Counted from the first letter of the stretch, positions 1 to 12,966 are shown. The stretch: 39,904 nt of DNA from Priapulus caudatus (GCF_000485595.1 NW_014577091.1:176394-216297); one strand, 5' to 3'. Notes: generated by a model not told the origin, from the sequence alone. Numbers and translations: made by a program.

Positions 1-429
1 ATGTGTTGTGTGTGTGTGTTTGTGTGCGGGCCTGTCGGTGTACATTTGTGCAGCTAGTGTTCTTTTTTTGTATAATAGTTGCGAACGTATTGCAATTTAT
101 GAATGATTGTAAAATGGTAAATGCTAATGATTTGTTGGAAAGACTGTGTGTTAATCGTGTAATTATATACTTGCGTTATTATATTGTATATTTGTGTCAT
201 TATATTGGTGTATACGTAATTGTGGACAATTGTTTGGAGAGAATGGTAATGGAGCCGTAGATAGCTTTGTGCCATTCTGACCATTTCTAACCCCCACAAT
301 GTTTAACGCTCAGACAATCACTGACTGCAACAATGTCGTCTGACCTCCTGACTATTACGAACTGTGATAATGTCGTCTGTTGCTGCGAGCATCACTAACC
401 ACATCAATGTCGTCTGTTTCTCGCTGCAG

Positions 430-3400
430 AGCGGCATCAGCTTGCCAGACGAGGGTAACTTTGCGATGCGGCTGCACGCGCGGCAGCAGGGCATGGTGAC
501 GCTGCGGCTGCGGGTCGTGCCAGACGCACACGCACGCTATCAGCTGCTCGACAACCGTCCGCTCACCGACGACGTGCAAATACAGGTGAGCGTCGAGGGG
601 AGAGAGGAAGGGAGGGAGGGAGAGAGAGAGGGAGGAAGGGAGAGAGAGAGGGAGGAAGGGAGAGAGAGAGGGAGGGAGGGAGGGAGGGAGAGAGAGAGGT
701 AGTAAGGGCGAGAGAGAGGGAGGGAGTAATTGTTAACGTTAGGTAATAGTTGGGGAGTAACTGGGGTGGATGCAGAATTATTAGAATGATCTTAAAATGC
801 AGAAAAAAATTAAACAGTATGATATTAGGAACAACTTTGTAAAGATATGTCGAACATGCTGGGGGAGCATTACTAGAATAAACCTAAAGTTAGACAAAAC
901 CTGGTACTGTATCAACTAGGAACAACTTTGCTAGGATATAAGAAACTAGGGGCGAGTGGAGAATTGTCAAAAACGATTGTCAGAATAAAATCTTCAGGAA
1001 ATGTATGGTATTAGAAACAACTCATTTGTAGGATTGAGTTAATGTTTGGAATTTTTGCAACACTGGTTGAGAACAAAATATTAGGACTACGAAACAAAAT
1101 ATTAGGACTACGAAACAAAATATTAGGACTACGAAACAAAATATTAGGACCAGTCCTAATTTAATTCTGTTACATAATTTCAGGTGTTTGAGAAGTTGCA
1201 GGTGTCACGGCCTAATCTCTGCGATGGACAGATGATCATTACAACTGATACTGAAGCGGATCTAGGAACGAATAGGTAGTTTATTTAATATTGGTTTGCA
1301 GCATCAATGTTCACTGCGTGTGCGAATGGGATCGTATACTAAACCTCATACAAAGAATGTAAATTGAGTATGCGCACTTGTGTTGCTTTTACACTAGTGT
1401 TTATTATTATATTAAATTTTATATTATATTATATGTACCAACCAATATTGATCACCTGTCGTAAGCAACCAAGCATTTACATTTGAATGGGACATTAAAT
1501 GGATAAATGTATACTTGTAACCCTATCAGAGGTAGAAATTGGTTTGAAAATTTACAGGTCAGCCGGGCCTGTAGGTAAGGGATTTTACAGGCCCGTCAGG
1601 CAAATTATAGGCCCGCAACATTTCCCAGATGTTTTTGCATGCTGGGGTGGATTTTCTACGGGCCCGTCGGGCTTGCTAGTATTAGAAATGTCAGACCCAA
1701 GCCTTAAAATACGGGCATCGGGCCCGGGGGCCCCTTATGATTTCGACCCATGCCTATGGTAACTATGGTTGAAATTTGTGGTGGCCTGTGGTAGCTATAT
1801 CTGTGGTATATGTATTTATATCTGTATATGTGTTTACCCATGTTTTTATTAGTGGTTTTGTTTGTGCCTTACAAGGGATGGTTCGGCGGACGTTACGTAC
1901 CAGGTCATCTCCCAGTCATTGGAGCGAGGCAAGCACGGCGTGATATCGGTGGACCAGCCCGGCAGGATCGTGTCGGGGTCGAGCGTGGGCGAGGCGTCTG
2001 TACTCGTGACAGCGCGCGAAGACTTCGGCATCAACCAAACGCTCGTCATCCTCGTCAAGGTCTGTCCGCCCGTCGACGTTCGTACACGAGCTTCAGCGAC
2101 AGTCAGGCTGTGCCTCGTTGCTGTTCGATGTGTTCTGCCGCTTCCCTCTCGCGTGTCTGCAATACAGTAATATTAGGAGCTGCTTTAACTCGTATACTGG
2201 GTGTTGGTGTTCCCATAGCTACATCGACAAGGCCGAGAATTGGGCAGGAGCGATAGATGGCGAGAGAGTGGTGTTGGGAGGGAGAAGGGGAGAGAGAGAA
2301 AGAGAGAGAGAGTGGTGTTGGGAGGGAGAAGGGGAGAGTGAGAGAGAGTGGAGAGGGAGCAGATGGAGGGCAGACTAAGCAAACCAACTCGAGTATAGTT
2401 CACCCACACATTGTCGTGTTTTTCAGGTGAAAGAAGTGTCCTACCTCATGCTGAACACCATATCTCTAATACACACAAGCAAACACAAGCTGGCTTCAGT
2501 ACCCATCGGCATGAAGCTGGAGTTTGTCGTCAGTTTCCATGACAACATAGGAGAGAAGTTTCACACAACAAATGTTGACCTTCACTATAGACCTAGCAGG
2601 TATGACTACTCTATTTGTAATTATGTCTTAAAGTGTCAATTATAGCTAACTGAATTGCCATGGAATCATGTATTTAATATGAATTTAATGAAGTTTATAC
2701 TAAAATATATTATCCACACCTTGATGATATATAAAATTGGTATAGAACTTATATCATTTAAATTATTCTGGATTATATATAAATTCATAAATACTATGAA
2801 TTCAACAAATATACAGGGTTATTACTTTATTATAAATTATATATTATATCATATCAGACAAGATCACATTAGTATGACTAACATGATCAGCTGATCGGTG
2901 ATTAATGAATCGTTAAGATTTAATCTATTATCATGATAAATTATTGCCAAGAAAATATTTGTACAACTATAGTGATCACCATTTAATAAGTCACGCAGAG
3001 TAGACTTGAAACAATCAACAAAGCTATTTATTTTTAATTATTTGATGCTCGTTAGTGGTCATTCAAAAGAATTGCATTATTCCTGGTGCTAAACAGCATT
3101 CCTCAGCAAGTGTTATAACTGAGTAAAACTCAATCATGAAGTTTCCGACTATACTGTCAACGGGGAGGCTAACGAGCATGGCTCATCAAACTCAGTTGAA
3201 CTGAACACCACTGCAGCTCATCATATTTTTTTTATCCCTATGCTATAATTGCAAATGTTTCAATCGAAAATCTAATAAAAATCACATTTCAGAAACGAAT
3301 TAATTTCACGTCACTAGATCTTTTCATGCAACCTCGTCGCTGCCTTCCAGGTTCGACCTGCTGCAGGTGTCGCGTGGAGCGCAGAACGGCACGCTGGTGG

Positions 3401-6400
3401 CACGCGCCACACGCACGGGGCAGACTGTGCTGAAGGTGTGGGACAGCAACAGCCCGCGCAAGGCCGACTACATCTCGGTGCTCGTCGGCCGCGCGATCGA
3501 GCCCGCCTACGTAGCGCTGACCTTGGGCGAGGTCGTCTGTTTCGCGTCGCCGATCTTGTCCGAGGAGGGTGCGTATTTTCGCGTTTGCTACTGCCTGAGT
3601 GGGGTGTGAAAACGAGTAGAGCCCCCACAGTGTGGTCCCACGGCGACCTGGTAGGGCTCAAGTGGATCTGTGTGTATATGAGAAGCGTTGGAGCTTTTGC
3701 AAACAGGATGCAGTGTTTTATATTTTAGTATTTACGTGTGTCAGTAGTAGTCTGGACTGTATTCGTTTTGAAGCCGTGCAAATACTGCTGTACCATAACT
3801 GAAACTGACCTTTGCGCATCTTTTTCTAATGGTTACTATGGGCTGGAAATATCTTTTATATGTGTGTTATATTTTGTATTATAGATGTTAGATAGTATTC
3901 TTAGACGATATTTTTTTTTTCATATAGACAGATTAGCATGAAATGCGAATGCCATATGATTATTAAATCTACAGGTCACCGCGGGCAGTGGTCTGCGGAA
4001 GGAAGCGTGATGTCCATCGATCGGCATTCTGGGGTTGCCATGGCGACGACCGTCGGTACGGCGCAGGTCACCTACAGCATAGGCAGCAGCTTCGTGACCC
4101 AGGCTGAGGTAACGGCGGCCGCGGTGCAATGATTGTCTCATCGTGTCCATCGATGCCCCTCACCTCGGCACGCAGACGTCACCTGTCGTTAAAACGATCG
4201 GTGTTGTTCACGCATGTTAAATCTCTGACGTGTAGGTTGGTTGCCTGTTCTGCCTAGGAACGAGAATGATCGGGAATCACAGTGCAGATGGAATCCTGGG
4301 AAAATGATCACAGATCACAATAATTTGTTTCTGCCACGAGCATTTATCGCGTCAAACGTCTGCAGATCGTCAGACGCTAGACGACGTTGTCGGCACTAAT
4401 GATTGACGTGTTAACACGCAGGTGTCGGTGGCGCCCGTCACGGAGGTGAAGCCCTTGCCGCATAGCCACGACTTCATCAGTAACGTGCCACGCAAGCGGG
4501 GCGTTGTCATACCGTTACTGCTGAGCGGGGATTTGACGAACGAGAGAGCAAGCAATCTGCTAGGTAATACGATCGTGTCGTTTCTGCGTATGTTGCGTGC
4601 AGTCGACGGTCTGCCTGTTTCGATGAGCAATGATTTGTTTTTTGCATCCAAATGTTATTGTAATTATTAGGCCTATTGTTATTATCATTATTGTTACTGC
4701 TAAAATATATCAAAATGTCTGTGTGTGTTTGTCTGTGTGCATGTGTGTGTGTGTGTGCACATGTTTTAGGGAAGTTTAAATTTTGTGTTTTAACCACAGT
4801 ACTCAATTTTATGGATTCAAGAACAGTGTTTTGTGTTAATTTCTACGCTGTTGCACACCGCATATCGTCATGTTTACTTTTGTCATTACGCAGGTGGAAA
4901 CTGCAGTCACCTAACCGAGCTTCCAGTGACGTTTCCTTACCGCTGTGATCTTTACTTCACATCGCACACGCCTGATATCACAATTCACGAACTCTTCACA
5001 GCCGAGCCAGCCTTCGACCCTAAGCTAGGTGTGGATGCTTAACGTATTTTGCACTTATCTGTACATGCGCTGTACCTGTATTGAGAGTTTTTCCATCGTG
5101 CTTGTCACTTTCATAGTCTAAAACGATCTCTAATATCTTCCCCGTCATCATCTCTCGGTCACAATCATGACAGCGTATTTCAAGTGTCTCGCATCAGCAC
5201 CTGCCGTCACATCTTGCAAACGTTGAGGCGTGTTTTTTTTCCCAACAAACTTTTTCAAATTAAGTTAAATTAAAAACAACAACAATTGTACCAAGAATCG
5301 ATACGTTTTGCGTTTTTGTGAGGCACACCCTGACGTCGAAGACGGTTTGACCCAATCACACCGCGTTGCAGGTCGCTACCAGTGCGTCGTGATGCAGAAG
5401 TCGAGCGGGGAGCACGTCGCGCGTGCGGCCAGCGCGCTGGAGACGGGCGTGGAGCTGTGGGCGGTGGTGCGCGCGCGCGAGGGACAGGCCGAGCTGAGGC
5501 AGACGCTCGGGGCGCTGCCGCTGCGGCCCGCGTTCCACGTGTCGACGGCGGAGCTGCACGTCAGCGACCTGCTGCCCACCGCCGCGTTCAGCATCAGCGC
5601 CAGCGATGCCGTCATGGATAGCATCACGGTGAGCAAGAGAGAGAGAGCGGGGGCGGAGTGGGGACGAGGGAGGGGCGGAGCTGCACGTCAGCGACCTGCT
5701 GCCCACCGCCGCGTTCAGCATCAGCGCCAGCGATGCTGTCATGGATAGCATCACGGTGAGCGAGTGCGGGGGTAGGGGCGGGGCTGATGTTGCTTTTAGG
5801 TTTGTTCTCTTCATGATTGTTTGCTCCTGCTCGTATAAAACAATGTCGACGACAGATGTTTCATGTTGTCCATGTGTGTCAGCTTTGCGTGGGGCAGAGC
5901 GAATATTATTCTAATTAATTAATGTTGCCAATAGACCAGGCGCCCATTGTCGGAAAGATACTGAGTAATTATGACATCAGAAGTCTCAGCATCGTGAATT
6001 TTTCTCATGAAGTGCTATGCAGAAGTCCTATATGATAGTCAAACCTGTTTATGACACAGCCCACTGTGTGTCGTGGTATTTAACTTGGCAGATTTTTTAC
6101 CCCGAAGTCGTGACCTAAAGATGTGTCATCCAATTGCTGCCAAAAATTTTTGCCAAAGATCTATAGCGACACTCGGCTTTTTTTATTTATTCTTGTGTCC
6201 TATGTATCCGTGAGAGGGCTGTGACGAGTTAGCCTTGTCTGGCAAGGGTTGGCATGTAAAAGAACAGTAGTGCTTACTTTCCGGTATATTGGGGTTGGCG
6301 TGTGAAAGCTGCAACTGTGTTTGTATTGTATACATTTTGCATTTATAAAGTCGTATTTGTTGATATACATATCATGTGGTGCACATAGAAAATATGCCTT

Positions 6401-6875
6401 TTCAGCTCAACTGGTACGGTCGATTGACTTCGTAACGTGAATAGTAGACCAATAATCCCCCGCCAAGCCATCTTTCCATCGATTGCCTGTAATGGTACAG
6501 AGGTTCACCGCATACCACTAACGTTCACGTGCTCTCCCCCATAGGTGGTGTCGAGTGACAGCTCGATCGTGGAGGTGCTGCCACCTGTGCAGGACGCAAA
6601 GGCGCAGCACAGCAGCTCGTTCCCACTGCGACTCGTCGAGTCACCGATGCTGTGGCACCTAGGAGGCGCTGACGTGCAGGTGCTTGTGGCGTCACTCGTG
6701 ACAGGTCAGCAGGAGCAGGTCGCCGTCAAGGTCAAGTTGATCGGCAGCAAGCCGGGGGAAGGTGAGCGCATATATACCCGTGTCTGTTGGTTATCCTGCT
6801 ACTTATACTGTCTTCTGAGATATCATTGTTGTTTATTGAATAGAAAACTGATGTAAACCAATAAATAAATTAATA

Positions 6876-6907
<32 letters not shown>

Positions 6908-8645
6908 ACATATATTATACATTTATTTATTGGTTTATGTCAGTATAATATACTTATAATATATATAATATAATACTATATGTATCCCACATAGTGTTGG
7001 GTCTTTCGTGATGGTTCTAATGTATCACCCATGTATGACTGCTAATACTAGGAGCAAATGGTTATTACACGTGTATGTACACTGTGTAATATAGCATTCG
7101 GCGTGTGATTTTTCCAGGAGTATGTCCACCCATCAGTCATCAGGTCGGCTGGGCCTGGTTGATAGAGAGCATAGCTAACAATTACTTTACGTGGATATCA
7201 TCGATTCTCATCACAATAATCACCGTCGCAGCCCTGTACATAGGTACACAGCCTTTCTCACGAATAGAGTAAGATGTATCGTATTTACTCGTGTATAAGT
7301 CGCACTTTTTTGTACACAACTTCAATATAAAAAATCAGAGGTGCGACTTATACACGAGGCTAAGAAAGCTTGCTAATGTACCAATGTTTGTACCAACTTT
7401 TCAAGGCAAAATACGGGGTGCGACTTATACACGAGTAAATACGGTAATCATGTGTCAGCAAGATAAATTGTTGCACAGCCAGCCTGGGCCAACGCACATG
7501 CGATTAATCCGTCTGTTATCTAATTCCGCTTGTACTTTTGCCTCATTGTGAGTGATTTACCCATTCATTATGTGCTAATACATCAAACTGATTGAAACTC
7601 GGATCACGTCGTCGCAAGTAGTGATTATTACTGCTGACGAGTTCTGACTCGCGCATCGTTGTTGTTGTTGTCGTGTTTGCAGGCTACAGGAGCTTATCTG
7701 CGCCGCGTTACTATGCTGCACCGATGCAGCACTTCAGCCCGCGTGGCACGCCCGTGAACGGGGCGGGAGACGGAATCTACCCGACTCCAGGTAATGCGCT
7801 ATCCCTGCACAGTAAATCTTCCATAAAAGCCTTATTTTAAAAGCCGAATCTTAATTAATTTCCTACGTACTTACATGCTAATACATCTGCATCAGTCTTT
7901 GTAGAAGGGTGATCATATGTATACTATGTTCTACTGTATATTATCTCTATTGTGTATAATACATACTACGTACATGTATACACACGTAGTATCCACTACA
8001 TAATACTGTATAATATGTACATACAATGTTCATGGCATTGCCATTAGCATGTGTATCAGTATTGTGATGCTGTGATTACAATATAGTTGTTGTTCATTCT
8101 CATCTCCTCGCGAGCCCGGCCCCGTCACCTAGCTCGTTCACACTAGGGTAAAAAATACACGGGAGCGATGAGCGGTGAGCTCTTCAACCAAAATTGAAAG
8201 AAAAATAACTTTTTTTGCACGGGCGCTCTTTTTCAAGTCTGTGGGAAAAATAGCTCTCGTCAAAAATTTTACGGGAGCTATTTTGAGTCTCACGAGAGCG
8301 ATTTCGCTTTCAATTTCATTTGAAGAGCGAATCACTCTCGTGAGGCTCAAAATAGCTCCCGTAAAATTTTTGACGAGAGCTATTTTCCCCACAGACTTGA
8401 AAAAGAGCTCCCGTGCAAAAAAAGTAATTTTTCCCCTCGTTCACACGCAATCTGTCGGTAACGTGAGATGGTGTTTGCTCTTGTCACCAGGTGTGTACGC
8501 GAGCCCATGGGCGGCCCACAGCGCGAGTCACGGCTCGCCCAAGTCAAAGCTTTGGAGCGTCGGCAACGAGCCGCTGCACACGCCGGCGCCCTACGCTGCC
8601 GACCGATCGTACAACAGGAGGTCGCCCTACCAGCCTGGCTCGTGA
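430..8645 (+). CDS. NUP210: Nuclear pore membrane glycoprotein 210 (gp210), C-terminal 698 aa; 5' part lies upstream of the window. Exons: 430-585, 1184-1275, 1876-2059, 2427-2599, 3351-3568, 3975-4108, 4422-4563, 4894-5028, 5372-5628, 6545-6761, 7118-7243, 7683-7790, 8491-8645
   Basis: 13 exons, all AG/GT bounded and phase-compatible (2097 nt = 699 codons incl. TGA). The translation includes LTDDVQIQVFEKLQ, TNRDGSADVTYQV, AREDFGINQTLVILVKVKEVSYL and VSFHDNIGEKF, which I recognise as gp210 lumenal segments. A single TM helix (YFTWISSILITIITVAALYIGY, exon 7118-7243) precedes a short Ser/Pro tail containing KLWS. Confidence 0.93.
596..726. repeat. GA-rich purine microsatellite
   Basis: Runs of GAGG/GAGA directly after the exon donor at 586. 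Confidence 0.85.
1072..1150. repeat. 21-bp tandem repeat, about 3.8 copies
   Basis: Unit aacaaaatattaggactacga. Confidence 0.9.
1527..1752. mobile_element. Non-autonomous hAT-like MITE with 5-bp TSD (short, internally deleted form)
   Basis: Termini CAGAGGTAGAAAT...ATTTCGACCCATG; TSD CCTAT at 1522-1526 and 1753-1757; both ends are homologous to 29690-30269. Confidence 0.8.
6847..6944. repeat. Small foldback element with (TA)n core
   Basis: actgatgtaaaccaataaataaat and atttatttattggtttatgtcagt are inverted repeats with 2 mismatches around a TA microsatellite. Confidence 0.6.
7279..7444. mobile_element. Tc1/mariner-superfamily (pogo/Tc2-like) MITE
   Basis: TIR (t)cgtatttactcgtgtataagtcgcac / gtgcgacttatacacgagtaaatacgg flanked by TA on both sides; one internal partial copy of the TIR. 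Confidence 0.8.
8144..8437. mobile_element. Foldback MITE, possibly Mutator-like
   Basis: About 110-bp inverted arms (8200-8308 vs 8326-8433); flanked by direct repeat ctcgttcacac (8133-8143, 8436-8446), consistent with a 9-11 bp TSD. Exact termini are ambiguous by 1-2 bp. Confidence 0.7.
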
Positions 8646-8680
8646 TAGCTGCCGTGACGTTGTGAGGAGAGCTGGTGTAC

Positions 8681-8772
8681 TGACAGCTGGCATGATATCA
8701 GGAGGTTGCCCTACCAGCCATCATTGTGACAGCTGGCATGATATCAGGAGGTTGCCCTACCAGCCATCATAG
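8681..8772 (+). repeat. 46-bp minisatellite in NUP210 3'UTR, 2 units
   Basis: Unit tgacagctggcatgatatcaggaggttgccctaccagccatcatng. Confidence 0.9.
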
Positions 8773-9148
8773 TGACAGCTGGCGTGACGTTGTGAGGTGA
8801 GCTGACATACTGGTAGCTGGTGTGACATCTGTAGGTTGCCCTGTGAGCCAGCATCGTACCAGCTCTCTTGTAATCCGGTGCAGAGCTTCTGCCCGCCATC
8901 TATCACGTCCCCCTGCTAGCTAGCATCGGGGGAGATGGTGCGTCAACTGGAGGTCGCCCTGTGAGAGGAGCCAGGCCTGTGATACGTGGTGTGTTTAGCA
9001 TACAACAAGTGAGTGTGACGAGTCGTTGTTTGCGTGTGTACATAGTTCGTCTGTCGGTCTCGTGCCAATCGCTGTGAGCCCCCACGCTGTCGGTTCGTAA
9101 CTAGAGGGGCATTGCGAGGGCAGCCGTGCTAAGAAGCGTCTGACGTTG

Positions 9149-9154
9149 AATAAA
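9149..9154 (+). promoter_or_regulatory. Candidate polyadenylation signal of NUP210
   Basis: AATAAA about 500 nt after the stop, followed by a T/GT-rich tract; another AATAAA at 10301-10306. Confidence 0.5.
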
Positions 9155-11725
9155 TGCAAAGGCAATTTGTTTTTTTGCCGTGTTTCTCTTGCACTCTGTT
9201 CGCACCCGTTCTCACGGGATCACGTTAGTTCCGCCCCACCTCCGCTGCGTGGTCGCGGTGGCTGCAGAGTAAATTAGGGAATTGCTTTGTTTGATAATTG
9301 GTCACACATGCGATGAAATCTTGTACTTCCTGGAAGCTGTTCCTACTTTAGGACCCCCTGTACGCACATGATGATGATGGAGTTAGAATTAGACATGTAG
9401 TGAGGGATAGGGTTAGGGAATAGGTGTTAGGATAATGGTGATGATGATGTATTTGCGGGTGTATCCTACAGTCTGATTGAGCCAACTTCCTGGATGTTTC
9501 CAACTGAGAATGATCACTGTGATGTGTTTCGCACGCAGCGTCCTGTCTTGCTGTCTCAATGTACTGGTTGTATGTACGCACACGTAAATCTTAATTTAAC
9601 CTAAATCGTAGTACGTTAAACTGCACTGCCAATCATACAAGTTAATACGATACGATACAATATGATACAGGTTATCATACGATGGGAAAATACAGTCATG
9701 TTATTGTTCTAAGTATGGACATCCAAGTGTGTGTAAATGTGTTTTGTAGATATCATGGTTTTTCCTAATTCTTACTTTGGTTCAATAATTTATCACTGCT
9801 GCACAGTGTTGTCATGATGGATGCAAATATGTGTAAGAAAATGACAGGTGCCACATAGCATGTAAATACAGAATATGAGATTGAACAAGAGTGGTTATAC
9901 CCAACGTTCATTAGTCGTGTGTCATGTGCGTGCGTGCGTGCGTGCGTGCATGTATGTGAATGTGAAAGCACTAGCAAATATTAAGAGGGGCTGTTTCAGT
10001 TGTTGCTCCTGCCACATGGAGATCGTAAACTAGTCTGTTTTCAATTACGTGGATTTCGACCATCAGTTTACAGGGGGCCCTGTTAGATTGGGTAAACACG
10101 AAAACAATATTTTCTCAACATTGTCAAACACCAAATGATCGGTTGACTGATTCAACATGTTCTGTTAATTTAATGTAAGCTGATGTCTAAAAAACAAGCC
10201 TAGTAATTCTAGGCATCAGATAATATTACATGTGAGCTGTGAAATCCTTGTTTGTGATATAATTTTTGTATTCTATATATATACAAATTATTGCCAAGGG
10301 AATAAAAATGCCTTTTATATATATAATGGAGTTATGTATATTTTGTTCTTCTGTAAATATTTTGCAGTGCTAATTACCAGCCGTTTAGAATACTCATTGC
10401 TGTAATTTTACTTTCAACTTTCAAAAAATCAAGTATGTATCACATTTGTCTGTGTGGATCCAAATGCAGAATGCATGGTATTCCCACAGAGTTTATTTTC
10501 CTTCAAATACTGCCAAGAGCCTATGCGTCATACGCTCTTCGTAATATCGATTGTCAGCGTCAATGCCATTTACGTACAGAAGACAGTATTTCATCTTTCG
10601 AATTTATTCATTGTTAATGTCACGCGGTAAAGATTTGAAACGGAGACACTCGGCTGTTATACGAATAACTGCACTCTCGTGGCGAGGGACATCGCTACGA
10701 TGGATTACAATCGCGATAATCACACTTGCACAAGACGTATATTAACATGATACTACTCAATCATGAATGCGGGTACTTACTACATCAATCTTAGTACCCA
10801 CCTACTCTTATGAAGACGTCGGTGACGGTTTCCTGGGGTGCAATGATTGCAACTTCAAAAAAACCGCAACAGTAAATTGTTTATACATTACATATACTTG
10901 TGACCAGATTTGGCACACAAATTTATATATATATATATGGTCTGCAATACGTGAATAATTTTGTATCCCTAACAATAAGCCATCTAACGTCAACAGATAA
11001 TTATTATGCTAAGTCTAACTGTATTTGTAGACATATTTCAAAGTAATATAAAATATGATCTCTGTAAACAAAATGTACTTCATGTGAGTTATATAACTTT
11101 ATACAATTGGACTTTTCACGTTTGACAACAATAAATATATATTTTATTACAAGAATTCAAACAGCAATCACATTTAAACATCATACATATAAAAATATCA
11201 ATTTAATTCATCCACAGAATATCATTTATAACTTAATATAATTAAATTTTCTATATGTAAATAACGAAGTAATTTCACACAAGGCTTGTGCCAATATAAA
11301 GTCTAATAATATTAATAATGAGGGAAGCAAGTTACTGGTTATCCCTCAGTTATAGTAATTATGTATTCACTGAATGGTTGCATGTGATTACTTGGCTATA
11401 CCCTGAACACATAGCAAGTGAGAGAGACAGACGGGAGGGGGTAGAGTATATATAATTATATATACCTATGAGAGGGGGAGAGAGGGAGAGTGAGAATGAG
11501 AGTGAGAGTGAGAGAGAGGGGGAGAGAAAGCGAGAATGAACACCGTTCTATGCGTTTTCATCTTTTGAACTGCTGATTGATTCGAATAACCATGCAGATT
11601 AACACACACTGCTTTCCAGAAGTCCGGTACATAAGAAAGCCTGCACGTGTAGGGGTATATAGGTATCCACACGAATCCATACGTATATATACGTATGGAT
11701 ATCTATACGGATATATACGCACAAA

Positions 11726-11933
11726 GGGTCGTTGTCGTATCAGGTACTACATATATGTACCCGAGGTAGTTTTAGGTTGTTTAGTATTATGTTTATATTT
11801 TTTATATGAGGTATGATTAGGGTTAGGGTTAGGGTACACTTCTGTAGTACAAGTCTGGTACACTTTGTGTATACATATATGTACCTCGCCTACCTCGGGT
11901 ACATATATGTAGTACCTGATATGACAACGACCC
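11726..11933. mobile_element. TIR element with 44-bp arms and internal (TTAGGG)3; second copy at 17212-17419
   Basis: Arms 11726-11769 and 11890-11933 differ at one position; TTAGGG x3 at 11817-11834; no TSD (flanks AAA|CTT); embedded in a further TA-rich palindromic context (about 11671-11994). Confidence 0.75.
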
Positions 11934-12916
11934 CTTCAGCGATATATATACGTACGTAATATATACGTATCCATACGTATATATACGAATCCATTAATCA
12001 TCCTCACTGCACTCACAGATGCTCAGCTACTGAGTAGTTTTGGCGTTACACTGTACCTATGCTAGCAATCTCTGCTCTTGAGATGTGGGGAGTTGCCGTC
12101 TACTATGACACGTACTAGGTGCTTATCAAAAGCCAGAATGTGTTCAACACCGCTTCGAGGCTTCTCACCATGGTAGTAGGGAGATGTCATCCAGCTCACC
12201 GGCTGCCAGTATGAGCCTGCATGTGTTTCACACAACGTATAGGTTTGTCACCGCGGTAGTGCACAGATGTCAAAAATCGTCACCTCGGTCAGCCTCAGTC
12301 TTGCGCAGGTATCGAGGAGTGCACACGTTGCGAGCTATTCACCGATATCTCGCAGGCCAAATCGTTATGCTCAATTACAGCTGTAGTGCGATGAAGGCTT
12401 ATCGATGCTTCGGCGTGCATCCTTGTAAATACCTTCACGAAATCTCCTTCTGACGTATTTACCTCATGCAATCCCTTTTCAAAACAGAGACACATACGTT
12501 TAGCTAACTGCATGTAGCACGCATTATGCCAGCGCGATGATCCAAGCTTGCCACTCCACTCCTTGTCAATGCCATGATGATCGCGGCGTGCACTCTGATA
12601 CGATCAATACGCATATATTTTGGCCCAGTCACATGCACCTCTGAGAGTCTACGCTTGCGTGCGCTCAGCAACTTTGCCAATAGACTAGGAAATAACAAAA
12701 ACAGAAACTCGAGACGGGCACCTAACTTGAAAACCCCAACGGGATTCTCATGGGCGGACTTGGCCAGTTGATAATATCTCATCAAAAGCCACGATTTCTC
12801 ATCCAAGGGTGCAGCGAAAATGCCTGCTGTCTCTCGTGTGCACACGTATCCCGCAGCCCAATCCATCCTCAACTTTGCATTGCGAAATTCTGAGTCACTG
12901 AAGAGTAATTTATCAT

Positions 12917-12966
12917 CAGGAGTTAATAAAGACAAATTTGAGACAATTTGTCTTTATTAACTCCTG
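12917..12966. mobile_element. 50-bp hairpin micro-MITE with 7-bp TSD, absent from the other haplotype copy
   Basis: Perfect 22-bp inverted repeat with a 6-nt loop; TSD TTATCAT at 12910-12916 and 12967-12973; empty site with a single TTATCAT at 18402-18408. Confidence 0.92.

Noticed and set aside
6396..6470. tRNA-like fragment (cagctcaactggta...) and a nearby SINE-core-like phrase at about 6250-6285
   Set aside because: No B box or cloverleaf; similarity too weak to call.
8138..8490. ORFs on both strands with KIALVKNFTGAILSLTR text
   Set aside because: By-product of the palindromic MITE; only 8491-8645 is coding.
8643..8648. Stop-codon readthrough or selenocysteine at the NUP210 TGA
   Set aside because: TGA is immediately followed by an in-frame TAG; no readthrough context or SECIS seen.
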